Shown here: positions 9,994-20,500 of the stretch, in pieces
Layout of the letters: each line of letters opens with the position of its first letter
Numbering within the stretch: the stretch's first letter is position 1
NCBI GenBank assembly: GCA_963774265.1
Contig: CAVZDU010000002.1
Span: forward strand, 480,001-544,000
Reading direction: 5' to 3'
Length of the DNA stretch: 64,000 nucleotides
Source of the DNA: an uncultured Chloroflexia bacterium
Lineage (GTDB): Bacteria > Chloroflexota > Anaerolineae > CG2-30-64-16
Program-made: the position numbers and the translations under genes
Notes under the pieces: model-generated
The model's input: only the letters and a program-made list of their open reading frames with translations
What the model was told of the DNA's origin: nothing
Databases searched by the model: none

Positions 9994-12900
9994 ATGACCG
10001 AACTGGTAGTGATCGACAAGAATCAGGCGTTGCTGCCCTCGCAGGACTTTGCGTTTCTGCGAGCGCAAGGGCTAGCGTACATCCAGGGCCTGTCGGGGCA
10101 GATCTGGACGGACCACAACGACCACGACCCAGGCATCACGATCCTGGAGGCCCTCTGCTACGCGCTGACCGACCTGGGGTATCGGACGGGGTTTGACCTC
10201 AAGGACCTGCTCGCTCCCGCCACCGGTTCCACCGACCCGCCGGATGTAAGCGGCCTGTTCCCCGCGCACGAGGTGCTTACCACCGCGCCGCTCACCATCC
10301 TCGACTACCGCAAGCTGCTCCTGAAAATCGAGGGCGTACGCAACGCGTGGCTGGATCCGATGACCGATCCTTCGCAGACCAGCAATTACGGCGAGTCGGA
10401 GGTGCCCATCTATGCCGACTGTCTTGCAGGTGGGCTTTCCAACAAACCGATCAACGCGTTCAATAACGCGAACCCGAGGGTCTGGCTGAACGGCCTCTAT
10501 CGGGTAAGGCTGGAACTGGACGTTGACGACAGGTTGGGATCGCTCAACGAGGCCCGGTTGGTCTACCAGGTGCGCCGCGGCAAGCTGAAGGGGCTGGTCA
10601 TCGCCCTCGACAGCCAGGACCCGGCCTTCCAGAGCGGCGCGATCGACTTCGGGCCGGACTTTACCAAGGTCACGGTGCTCGGGCCGGTCACTCCCGCCGG
10701 GAAGCAATTCAAGGCGCAGGTCGACATCCAGCTGGCGGACTCCTCCACGAGGTCGCTCGCCAATCTTAGGCTGCGCGTGGTAAACGACCACCCCCGGCCG
10801 AACGCAGTCCCGGTGCCGGTCACCTCGACCGATATCGCGGATGTCCTGAAGGACGATGGCCCCGAGGGGCTGATCCCGCTATTCTGGGAGAAGCAGCAGG
10901 CACGTAAGCGCAGCATCGAAAAGACCTGGTGTGTGCTTCACGCGCATCGGAATCTGTGCGAAGAAGTCCTCAGCGTCGAGACAGTGTCGGCCGAGCATGT
11001 GGCCGTCTGCGCCGACTTCGAGGTAAGGGGGGATGCCGACATCGAGGACGTCCAGGCCCGGGTCATGTACGCGATCGAGGAATATCTCAACCCGCCGGTG
11101 CGCTACTACACCCTGAAGGAGATGCTGGATGCGGGGCTAGGCACCGACCAGATCTTCGACGGCCCGTACGTGCAGGAGAGCTTCCGATGCGGGAATGAGC
11201 CGGTCTTCACCAAGCCCGGCTTCGTGAAGACGGAGGAGTTGGCGCAGACCGAGCTGCGCCGTTTTGTCTATGTTTCCGACATCATCAATATCCTGATCGA
11301 TCCCGTCGCCTTCCCTGAAATCCTGACCGTCAAGAACGTACTGCTGCGCAAATACGACGCGGATGGCGTGCCGATAGGCGCCAGCGAGCAGTGGTGCCTG
11401 GAAATCACGCCGGGCCGCCAGCCGGTGCTCGATATCGAGCGATCCAAGGTTCTTTTCTACAAGCACGAGATTCCGTACCTCGCCAAGACCACCGAGTTCC
11501 AAAAGACCCTGGATCACCTGCGGGCGATGGCGCGTAAGAGAGCATACGTGGCGCCGAACCAGGTCCTGCCGATGCCTACCGGTCGCTACCGCGACCCGGC
11601 GCATTTCTTTACCATCCAGCACGACTTTCCGAGGACGTACGGCATCGGCAAGGCCGGGCTCCCGGGCGAGGCAAGCGCGGCGCGTGTCGCGCAGGCCCGC
11701 CAGCTCAAGGCCTACCTGACCTTCTTCGACCAGGTGCTTGCCGATTACCTGGCCCAGCTTGCCAACGTCCGGCGGCTTTTCTCATTGGACAAGACCCTGA
11801 GACAGACTTACTTCTCGCAGTACCTGAACACGATTGCCGGGGTGCGCGAAGCGTTCGAGGATGAGTTCTACCTGGACAAGGCCGCACTCCAGGACGATGT
11901 GAAACGCAACCGCTTGATCGAAGATGAGGGCCTGTTCCTGGCGCGCCGCAACCGGATGCTCGATCACCTGATGGCGCGCTTTGCCGAGCAGTTCACCGAC
12001 TACGCCCTGATGATGTTCACGCTCGAAGGCGATCCCCTCAAGACCGGCAGGGAGCTGATCACGGACAAGATCGACTTCCTGCGTGAGTATCCTGTGGTCG
12101 GCCGCGAGCGCGGCAAGGCGTGCAACATCAAGCCCGAGAGTCCGGCCGACATCTGGGACACCGATAACGTCGCCGGCCTCGAAAAGCGGGTGAGCCGCCT
12201 GCTGGGGATCGCCGATTACAATCGCCGGGACCTGGCATGCGACCGGCTATTGTCCGTCCTGTTCGCGGCCCAGGCCGACGGCAACAAGTTCCGACTGGTC
12301 ATCCCCGACGCCGCCGGGAGCGCGCTCTTCCGTTCCGCGGAGAAGTTCGGGAATGCGAACCAGGCGCTGGCTGCGGGCGCCAAGCTCTATCCGTTCATCC
12401 GCAGTGAGGGCGCGTATGTCGTGGATGACAGCAGCGGAGCCGGGAGCGTCTTCTTTACCGTGAGCGGAGGCGGGGTAACCTTGCGCCACAGCACCGACTT
12501 CGACACCGAAGCCGATGCGGTGCAGAGCATCCGGCGCATCATCGATCGCTACGATGAGATCCTGCTCACCGATGCTGCCTGTGAGGAGGAGGGGTTCCAC
12601 CTGATCGAGCACATCCTCCTGCGGCCCTTCGTGCCGACGGATGAGCTGATAGACGTCTGTCTCGATCCGTCGTGCGAGTCGTGCGGCGACGAGGACCCGT
12701 ACTCGTTTCGGATCACCGTGGTCCTGCCCTACTGGCCCAAGCGCTTCCGCAATCTGCAATTCCACGAGTTCTTCGAGCGAACGTTGCGCGAGGAGGCTCC
12801 GGCTCACGTGCAGGCGCGCATCTGCTGGGTGGACAACGCGCAGATGGCCCAGCTCGACCTGGCCTACCGCGCGTGGTTGGAACAGCGCGCGAAGGCGGAC

Positions 12901-13056
12901 ATCGTGCAGAACGACCTCTCCGCGGCGGTCAAAAACCTGATACGCATTCTGCGAGAACTGAAAACGGTATATCCGGCGGCGACCCTCCACGACTGCCTGG
13001 AGGGCGAAGGCGAGAACCCGGTCCGTCTGGGCAGCACGTCGCTCGGCATTTTCTGA
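9994..13056 (+). CDS. Baseplate protein (Afp12-like)
   Basis: WTDHNDHDPGITILEALCYALTDL, AHRNLCE, QARQLKAYL.FFDQ, LDHLMARFAE, LIEHILLRP, DPYSF, REEAPAH. Confidence 0.92.
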   Translation: MTELVVIDKNQALLPSQDFAFLRAQGLAYIQGLSGQIWTDHNDHDPGITILEALCYALTDLGYRTGFDLKDLLAPATGSTDPPDVSGLFPAHEVLTTAPLTILDYRKLLLKIEGVRNAWLDPMTDPSQTSNYGESEVPIYADCLAGGLSNKPINAFNNANPRVWLNGLYRVRLELDVDDRLGSLNEARLVYQVRRGKLKGLVIALDSQDPAFQSGAIDFGPDFTKVTVLGPVTPAGKQFKAQVDIQLADSSTRSLANLRLRVVNDHPRPNAVPVPVTSTDIADVLKDDGPEGLIPLFWEKQQARKRSIEKTWCVLHAHRNLCEEVLSVETVSAEHVAVCADFEVRGDADIEDVQARVMYAIEEYLNPPVRYYTLKEMLDAGLGTDQIFDGPYVQESFRCGNEPVFTKPGFVKTEELAQTELRRFVYVSDIINILIDPVAFPEILTVKNVLLRKYDADGVPIGASEQWCLEITPGRQPVLDIERSKVLFYKHEIPYLAKTTEFQKTLDHLRAMARKRAYVAPNQVLPMPTGRYRDPAHFFTIQHDFPRTYGIGKAGLPGEASAARVAQARQLKAYLTFFDQVLADYLAQLANVRRLFSLDKTLRQTYFSQYLNTIAGVREAFEDEFYLDKAALQDDVKRNRLIEDEGLFLARRNRMLDHLMARFAEQFTDYALMMFTLEGDPLKTGRELITDKIDFLREYPVVGRERGKACNIKPESPADIWDTDNVAGLEKRVSRLLGIADYNRRDLACDRLLSVLFAAQADGNKFRLVIPDAAGSALFRSAEKFGNANQALAAGAKLYPFIRSEGAYVVDDSSGAGSVFFTVSGGGVTLRHSTDFDTEADAVQSIRRIIDRYDEILLTDAACEEEGFHLIEHILLRPFVPTDELIDVCLDPSCESCGDEDPYSFRITVVLPYWPKRFRNLQFHEFFERTLREEAPAHVQARICWVDNAQMAQLDLAYRAWLEQRAKADIVQNDLSAAVKNLIRILRELKTVYPAATLHDCLEGEGENPVRLGSTSLGIF

Positions 13057-13074
13057 TATGTGAGGGGCACGACT

Positions 13075-16000
13075 ATGCAGACCTCTTATCCTGTATTCGA
13101 AAGCGGCCAGGTCCTGACCTCCAAGCTTCTCAATGACCTGGTAGATTACCTGGAGCAGCAGGACCGCCTGACACGCAACAAGCTGATCGGCATCGGCATC
13201 GTGTGCGGCCTGGAAGTGGGCTTCGAGCCGGCCGCGAGCCAGATCCGGCTGACGCGTGGGTGCGCGACGACATCGCAAGGGTACCTGCTCGTACAGGAGG
13301 AAAGCCTGCTGAACCGGTTCCGGACGTACACGGTGCCCGTGCCCAAGGTGGGAGAAGCCCCGCAGGACCTGGTTGCGGATGCGCGCTATGCCTTCTTCTT
13401 CGACGCGAATGGCAACCAGCTGCCGCTCTGGGAGCTTCTGCAAACCGATTTCACACCGGCACCCGGGGAACCCGCGCCCACGCCGATCAGCGCGGCCTTC
13501 CTGCAGGACAAGGTGGCGCTGCTGTTCCTGGAGCGCACGCTGGAGTCGTTGCGCAACTGCGATGTGAGCGACTGCAGCGATAAGGGTTCCGAGATCCAGT
13601 TCACTTCACGGCGGTTGCTGATCCGCCAGGATGACGCAAAGGCGATCCTGGACAAGGAGCAGCAGCTGGCCACCGCGCCCGTCCAGCGAAGCGCCCATCC
13701 GCGCTACGACCTCGATGAACTGCGCATCCAGAAGATCAACCCGTCGGCCTACGACATCGACACTTTCTTCGAACTGCTGCAGCGGATCCAGGCCATTGCA
13801 GAGCAAGCCGCTCCCAAGGTCCTTCAGTCGCTCAAAGACGGCTACAACGCGTACTCGTATCTGCTGGGCGATATGTACCCTACGACGACCTTTCCATCCG
13901 GGCCGTTCGGGGATGCGGAATACCTGAGCAACGTGTCCGACCAGTTTCTGAAGAACATCTTCCTGGGCGAATACGTATATGACTACCTTCTGGACGTCGT
14001 GCAATCTCATAACGAGTTCCTGGCGGCAGCCGCCCGGTTCGACGCCGAGTGCAGCCCCAACCCGGATCGTTTCCCTCGGCACATCCTGCTGGGCAAGGTG
14101 GCGCAGCGTCCGGTCGCATTCGGCGTTGACTTCAAGCCGGCGGGTCCTGCGGCCACGTTCAACCCGCTGCAGGCCAACAGCGGGCTCGGCCCCACGACGC
14201 GCCCGGCGCCGTTCCGGCACTTCTTCATCCCTTCACCAGCGTTTGACCGGGCGAACGAGCGCATGCAGGAAGTGCGCAGCCTGCACTATCGCACCTACCT
14301 GCTGGCACTGCGCTACAAGACCGATGGGCTGCTGGCGAAGGAGATCCGCATCACGCCGAGCAAGACCGGGGACTACGGGCTGTCGGACAAGGCCATCCCG
14401 TTCTACTACACATTCAATGCCGGCGACGACCTGCACCGTACCTGGTCGTTCCACAAGACCATCACCAACGAGATGCAGCGGATCTACTCCCATCAGCTTA
14501 CGGATCCTGCTGACCACCCGCTCGAGTACCGGATGGAGGACCACAACTTCTACCGGGTGGAGGGGACCGTCGGCAAGGGCTTGGGACAGGCCATGACCGA
14601 GCTCCTGCGCCAGAAGCGCGAGCTCGGGCTATCGTTTGGCATCGAGCCGGTCTTCATCGGCCTGCGTGTCGGGACCGACGAGCTGACCACGAGTCTGAAC
14701 CAGCAGGCGCAGACACGCGCCCAGCAGGCGCTGCTCAAGCTGCTCCTGTGCCGGATGCGCGACCTGGACGTCGCCTTTTTGTTGCTGATGGGGTTCATCT
14801 TCTACTACCTGTATTCGCTGCTCTTGATCCTCCGGCGCGCCAATACCAGGGCGATCGCAGGTGTGGCGAGCGCAGCCCCTGCCGCCACCGCCACTGCGGT
14901 CGGGGCATCCATCGGAGCGGTGGCCGGGCCGGTCATTGGGGCGGCGGGGACACCCATCGGGGCGGTGGCCGGGCCCCTCATCGGGGCGGTGGTCAGGCCG
15001 CGCGTCCAGGTGGTGGCTGCGGACAGTACGCTCCAGCAGATTCGCGTCGCGACCTACGAGAAGGGCCTCTTGTCCAGCGGTTTGACCCAGGATCTCGCGC
15101 CCGATCAATCCATCGCCAGGCTATACACCGACATCAAGCGCCAGGAAGGCACGACGCGTCTCTTCGAGCAGGCGCGCGCCTTTGCGACCCAGCTCGATCC
15201 AACCGCCAACCCGGACGTGGTTGCCCAGCGCATCTATCCTTACCTGTCGCTGCTGGACGCCACGGAGGAACTCGTCCAAACCGTGCGCGCGCCCTCGTTG
15301 GCCGACTTCGACTTCGCCACCTTCAGCACCCGCTACGATGGGTTCGTACAGACCTTTGACGCGTACCGCGGTGTGATGGAGAGGCCGGGGACCGATCTGA
15401 CGCCCGAACAAACGACTGTCAACGCTGCGTTGTTCAAGAACTACAGCGCCGTGCTCACCGCGGGTCCGCAGGCAGTCGTAACGAACCTGATAAGCGAGCT
15501 GCAGAAGCGCGTCCAGAAAATCGCGGGCGAGCTTTTGCTTGGCGCGTATGGCAAACGCCATCCCGGCATGGAGCACCGGGGAGGCGTCCCGGTTGGCGGC
15601 ACGCTGGTCTTGCTCTACACGCACAAGGATGCCATCCTCCGCGCGCTTGGCGCCAACAAGGATACCGTGGGCAAGGCGGTGATATCCCTGCGCCAGAAGC
15701 TCGTAGCGGGTGGGGCGACCGGTCAGGCGGTGACGTTCGATGCCGGATTTGCCGGGGCTCCCGCGGCTTCCGACCCCCTGGACGAGTTCGTCATCCTGGC
15801 CGATTTCTGCCTGCCCTACCTGTGTTGCGACACCGACTGCAGCGATGTGGACACGACACCGGCAGTGGTAGTGAAGCCGCCCGTAGTCCAACCGCCTGTA
15901 GTGCAGCCACCCGTGGTACAGCCGCCGGTGGTACAGCCGCCGGTGGTACAGCCGCCCGTAGTGCAACCGCCGGTAGTGCAGCCGCCCGTAGTGCAGCCGC

Positions 16001-16248
16001 CCGTGGTCCAACCGCCCGTCCAGCCGCCCGTAGTGCAGCCGCCGCTGCATCCGCCGGTGGTGCAGCCGCCCGTAGTCCAACCGCCCGTCCAGCCGCCCGT
16101 GGTACAGCCGCCGGTTCATCCGCCGGTGGTGTCGCCTTTCTTGCCGCCCGTACTGCCACCGCACGCGCCGGCGCCGTCAGCGCTGCCCGCCGCTCAGCCG
16201 CAGCGCCCGCGCCGCCAGCGGACCAGCACCCCAAAGCCGAAACCGTAG
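13075..16248 (+). CDS. Afp13-like tail-fibre/baseplate-peripheral protein with internal hydrophobic helix and Pro-rich C-terminus
   Basis: N-term YPVFESGQVLT...YLEQQDRLTR.KLIGIGIVCGL, KAIPFYY, GMEHRGGVPVGGTLVLLY, ADFCLPYLCC; follows Afp12; ATG 13075 with RBS gagggg (track uses GTG 13060). Confidence 0.8.
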   Translation: MQTSYPVFESGQVLTSKLLNDLVDYLEQQDRLTRNKLIGIGIVCGLEVGFEPAASQIRLTRGCATTSQGYLLVQEESLLNRFRTYTVPVPKVGEAPQDLVADARYAFFFDANGNQLPLWELLQTDFTPAPGEPAPTPISAAFLQDKVALLFLERTLESLRNCDVSDCSDKGSEIQFTSRRLLIRQDDAKAILDKEQQLATAPVQRSAHPRYDLDELRIQKINPSAYDIDTFFELLQRIQAIAEQAAPKVLQSLKDGYNAYSYLLGDMYPTTTFPSGPFGDAEYLSNVSDQFLKNIFLGEYVYDYLLDVVQSHNEFLAAAARFDAECSPNPDRFPRHILLGKVAQRPVAFGVDFKPAGPAATFNPLQANSGLGPTTRPAPFRHFFIPSPAFDRANERMQEVRSLHYRTYLLALRYKTDGLLAKEIRITPSKTGDYGLSDKAIPFYYTFNAGDDLHRTWSFHKTITNEMQRIYSHQLTDPADHPLEYRMEDHNFYRVEGTVGKGLGQAMTELLRQKRELGLSFGIEPVFIGLRVGTDELTTSLNQQAQTRAQQALLKLLLCRMRDLDVAFLLLMGFIFYYLYSLLLILRRANTRAIAGVASAAPAATATAVGASIGAVAGPVIGAAGTPIGAVAGPLIGAVVRPRVQVVAADSTLQQIRVATYEKGLLSSGLTQDLAPDQSIARLYTDIKRQEGTTRLFEQARAFATQLDPTANPDVVAQRIYPYLSLLDATEELVQTVRAPSLADFDFATFSTRYDGFVQTFDAYRGVMERPGTDLTPEQTTVNAALFKNYSAVLTAGPQAVVTNLISELQKRVQKIAGELLLGAYGKRHPGMEHRGGVPVGGTLVLLYTHKDAILRALGANKDTVGKAVISLRQKLVAGGATGQAVTFDAGFAGAPAASDPLDEFVILADFCLPYLCCDTDCSDVDTTPAVVVKPPVVQPPVVQPPVVQPPVVQPPVVQPPVVQPPVVQPPVVQPPVVQPPVQPPVVQPPLHPPVVQPPVVQPPVQPPVVQPPVHPPVVSPFLPPVLPPHAPAPSALPAAQPQRPRRQRTSTPKPKP
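15877..16134 (+). repeat. Coding tandem repeat (PPVVQ)n, about 18 units of 12-15 bp
   Basis: 13 PPVVQ units plus PPVQ/PPLH/PPVH/PPVVS variants; third codon positions vary between units. Confidence 0.95.
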
Positions 16249-16257
16249 GAGGCATGA

Positions 16258-17574
16258 TTGACCTCTTACGATGGCTCCCGGGACCACAGGATCAGAAAGC
16301 TGGTCTTCGACTTCCGCTACCCGGACGAAGCGACGGCTTTCCTGGCCCGCAGGCGGCTCGAGGACCTGGCCGGTACGGCGACGATCCCGGCCCTGGAAAA
16401 GGTCCTCGACGCATTTGAGTCCGGTCCGCGCGAGGTGCGCATCGACCGGCTGGAGCTCGACCTGGGCCGGATGTCTGCCGGCGCGCTGGATGGCGGGGCG
16501 ATCGGGAAGGCCATCGCGGAGCAGCTGGGCCGTAAGCTGCAGGCTGCGGCGGCGGGCGAGACGGTCCCCTCCACGGAGTTGGCCCCGTCCCTGGAGGCGC
16601 TGATTGCTTTCCTGCGGAGCGGTTTCTGGCCCTGGGATGCGCCCTTCCGGGCCGTCGAAGATGTCGAGTCGGCGCTGATGTCGCTGGCGCCGCCTGCCGC
16701 GCAGCATGCCGCGGCCCGTCTCCTCGCAGTCCTGCAGGAAAGCACCGCCGCCAAGCGCCTGATCTACCAGCTCAGCGCCGGCTTCCCGGAGTGGATCGTC
16801 CGCAGCGCATACGGCGAGGACGCGGAAACGCTTATCGGCTCCGGCCGCGAAGCCGCGGACACGACTGCGCCGGAGCAGTTCGCCCTGGCGCTCCTGGCGG
16901 TGAGCTCCGCCCTGCGGCCCGGTCAGCCGGTGGTTCTCGAGCAGGTGCAGGATCTCTGGGCGGCCGCGCTCCGGCCGGCCCCCGTCGAGCGCGCTGAACC
17001 GGCCGTTGCTATTCCACCGGCGGGCGAAAAGCGAGGCGCACGGGAACGGCCGAAGAGAATCGCCCCGCCCGATGAGCTGTACGTGGCCTACGCCGGGATC
17101 GTCCTGCTCCATCCCTTCCTGCCGCGCTTTTTCGAGCGGCTCGGCCTGCTCGACGAGCGGCAGCGGTTCGCGTCGCCGGATGCATGCGTGCGCGGCGTCC
17201 ACCTGCTCCATTACCTTGCCGCGGGCCGGGAGCACCCCGACGAGCCAACGACCGTTCTCTTCAAGATCCTATGTGGACTCCCGATCGCATTTCCGCTGCC
17301 GCGCCAGCTGCCCCTGGCCGATTCGGAGCGCGATGAGGCGGAAAGCCTGCTCTCCGCGGTCATCGGGCACTGGACGAAGCTGGGCAACACTTCACCCGCC
17401 GGCCTGCGAGAGGCCTTCCTGCAACGCGAGGGCAAGCTGACTTCGGACGAGCGAGGGTGGCGCCTCGTGGTTGAGCAGCGCTCGGCCGACGTCCTGCTGG
17501 GCTATCTGCCCTGGGGCCTGTCTGTCGTGCGGCTGCCGTGGGTCATCACCCCGCTCCGGGTGGACTGGGCATAG
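16258..17574 (+). CDS. eCIS tape-measure protein (Afp14-like)
   Basis: N-term HRIRKL, IDRLELDLG, FLRSGFWPW; C-term AGIVLLHPFL, LREAFLQREGKL, DVLLGYLPWG...LPW...VDW; TTG start 5 nt after AGGAGG. Confidence 0.9.
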   Translation: MTSYDGSRDHRIRKLVFDFRYPDEATAFLARRRLEDLAGTATIPALEKVLDAFESGPREVRIDRLELDLGRMSAGALDGGAIGKAIAEQLGRKLQAAAAGETVPSTELAPSLEALIAFLRSGFWPWDAPFRAVEDVESALMSLAPPAAQHAAARLLAVLQESTAAKRLIYQLSAGFPEWIVRSAYGEDAETLIGSGREAADTTAPEQFALALLAVSSALRPGQPVVLEQVQDLWAAALRPAPVERAEPAVAIPPAGEKRGARERPKRIAPPDELYVAYAGIVLLHPFLPRFFERLGLLDERQRFASPDACVRGVHLLHYLAAGREHPDEPTTVLFKILCGLPIAFPLPRQLPLADSERDEAESLLSAVIGHWTKLGNTSPAGLREAFLQREGKLTSDERGWRLVVEQRSADVLLGYLPWGLSVVRLPWVITPLRVDWA

Positions 17575-17581
17575 GGGGCGT

Positions 17582-20500
17582 ATGACAGCCAAGACGAAGT
17601 CAACCCTATCGGCCCGTTCCCCGACTCCCGCCGCGACCCGTTCAGGCCGGACCTTCTTCCAGCGAAAGACCGAAGGCGCGGCCGCCTCGCCTTTCTTCCA
17701 CCACGCGCCTGCCGGGGAGAGCCTACAGAATAAGTTAGTCACCGGCCGGCCCGGCGATGCCTTCGAGCGCGAGGCGGACGTGTTCGCCGAGGCCGTAGTC
17801 GGTAATACATCGCCTGCCCCGGCCGGACCGGCGCTGGCCGAACGCGCTACGCCGCTGCGCCGTGCCGGGACCCAGGCGAAGGCCGAGGGCGCAGGCGGGC
17901 TGCGGCCCCGGATCGCTGAGGAGGAGAAGGTCCAGGCCAAGAAAGACGAAGAGCGGCCCCTTCAGGCGAAGGCGAAAGACGAGCCCCTGCAGGCCGGCGC
18001 GGAAGAAGAGAAGCGCATCCAGGCAAAGGCCGAAGGATCACAGGTTCGGGCCGCGGACGATGAGAAAGATCCTGTCCAGGCCAGGCTGGAGGATGAGTGG
18101 ATCCGGCCCGGAGCCGCAACAGAAAAGTCCGCTCAGGACGAGGACGAACCGAAGGCGCCGGTTCAGGCCAGGGCGGACGGGACCGGCGCCGAGCCGGCCG
18201 TTGTCTCGGTCCACGAAACCTTACAGGCCGAGCAAGGCAGGGGTGTTCCACTGCCCGCAGACCTCCACCGGCAGCTTGCGCGCATGTTCGGCGCCGACTT
18301 CGGTGCGGTGCGCATCCACACGGACGGCAATGCGGTCCACCTCGCCCAGGAGGTGCACGCCCAGGCTTTCACCCGCGGCAATGACATCTACTTTAACGCA
18401 GGCCGGTACGACCCGGGTAGCACCCAGGGGCGGCGGCTGCTGGCCCACGAGCTCACGCACACGATCCAACAAGGCACGTCACAGCCCGCCGCGGGCGAGC
18501 CACCCGCCCCCGAACAGCCCCAGGCCCCGCCTCTGGAGAGCACGACGGCAGGCGGGCCTGCCGTTACGGCCGCAGGTCCCGCTGCCAACCCGCCCGACAA
18601 CCGACCGGCCGCTCCCCCGCTGCCCGGCGTTAGTGCAGCCGCGCCTGAGTTCGCTGCCGGCCCAGGACCGACCGGTCCCGGCGTGCCACCACGCGCTGCG
18701 GCGACGGGGGCGACCGAGGCGATCCCGACGGCCGGCGTGCCCGGCGGACCCGCGGCCGCGATGGCCGCCACACCTTCGGAAGCGGGCGTCGAGCCCCCCG
18801 CATCGGCGGCTGTGCCGCCCGAAGGGGTAACCGCGCCACCTGAAGAGGTAGCTGCGCCACCCGAAGGGGTAGCTGCGCCACCCGAAGGGGTAGCTGCGCC
18901 ACCCGAAGGGGTGGCTGCGCCACCCGAAGGGGTAGCTGCGCCACCCGAAGGGGTGGCGGGGGCAGAAGGGGCGGTCGCGCCGGCGGTAATCGAGCGCGCC
19001 CCGGCCTCGCCCGGGGACGACCCGGCTTTCCAGGAGACGATCCGGCAAGTCGGCGCCACGCGGCGCACACAGCGGGCGCACAAGAAGCCTGAGATAAAGA
19101 AAGGCGAGGTTGTTAGCGCGGAGCGGCTGCCCGAGGATGCCCAGTCAACGCAGAACGACCAGCAAGAGCACCTGGTCGTGATTGACGAGACCGCACAGGC
19201 TACCGTTAGGGAGGCCAAACCCTTCACCCCCGAGACCTTCCGCGCGCTGCTCAAAGAGAACCTGCAGGAAATCGAGAACAAGCTTCCGCACGATGAAGAT
19301 GCCGCGGATCGGTTCAAGAGCGAAAAGCCGCTCGAACAGGTCAAGGAGAACATCGGCCGCCAGGTTACCAATGAAGGCAAGAAGGTCGGCGATCCCATCG
19401 TGGGTGAGGCCCAAAACCCTCCGCCGGACAGCAACCTGCCAGTCGAGGCGCCGAAGGATCTCAAAGAAGAGCCGTCCGGCAAGGCGCCGCGTCCCATCGA
19501 TCCCGCCGCCGCGGCCCCCAAGCCGAAAACCGATGCCGAGATTTCGATGGAGGCGGAAAGCCGGTCTCTGGACGAGCAGATGGCCGGGCAACGACTCACC
19601 GAGGAGCAGCTGGCCGAGTCCAACGAGCCACAGTTTCTGCAGGCACTCGACACGAAGCGGCAGGCGCAGGTTGAGGCGGAGGCAGTCCCGGCGCGGTACC
19701 GGGATCAGGAACAAGGGATGCTGGCAAAAGCCAGCGCTCAGGCCGGACGAGCCGGCCGTCAGGGCTTTGGGGGGATGTTCGACACGCGCCAGGGGGTCTT
19801 CGGCGCCGTCTTCACCGACCAGGCAGCCAAAACGGATGTCGGCAAGGAAAACCTGGCCCTGGTTCACCAGACGCTTGCGGACGAATACAAGAGCACCAAA
19901 GATCGTGTGGTCGAAATCCTCGAGCAACTCACCACTACGGTCAACGATACCTTCACCGAGCAGGCCGACGCGGCCAAGAAAACCTTCGAGAAGAAGGTTG
20001 AGGATCAGCTCGACGACATCTACGGGATCACGAGGATCGACGATTGGATCTTCGGTGAAGACACCGAGGCGATCGAGAAAGTCTTCCGAGATGAGAAGCA
20101 GCGCTTCCTCGAGGCTATGGACCGTACGCTGGACGAGATCGCACGCGTCATTGCGGAAAAGCTGAACGCGGCCGTCGACCGGGTCAAAGAGGGGAGGCGC
20201 AGGTCGGAGGACCTTGTCAGCCACCTGAGCGAGGCTCAACAGAAGCAGGCCAAGGACGCGCTGAGCTTCTACATGACGCAGTACGACACGCTCGAAGAAA
20301 GCGTGCATGACAAGGAGCGGGAGCTGGCGAGCTCCCTGGCGGAGTCCTACAAAAGCAATGTAGATGCCCTCCGAGAGTCGTTCGACAAGATCAAGAGCGA
20401 GGTGAGCAAAGGCTGGATCGGCAAGGCTGCCGAGTTCATCTCGGACGTCGCGAGCGCGATCGCAAAGCTGGCGGACCTGCTGTGGTCGGTGCTCTCACGG

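Noticed and set aside
648-13056. Prophage tail or T6SS interpretation
   Set aside because: No capsid, portal, terminase or TssJLM/TssBC genes; the Afp14-like tape measure, Afp15-like ATPase and DUF4157 point to eCIS
16254-16418. ATG at 16254 as the tape-measure start
   Set aside because: Different frame with no conserved motifs, and too close to the AGGAGG; TTG 16258 gives the conserved N-terminus
15877-18960. The two tandem repeats as CRISPR arrays
   Set aside because: No unique spacers, unit lengths are multiples of 3 inside ORFs, and there are no cas genes
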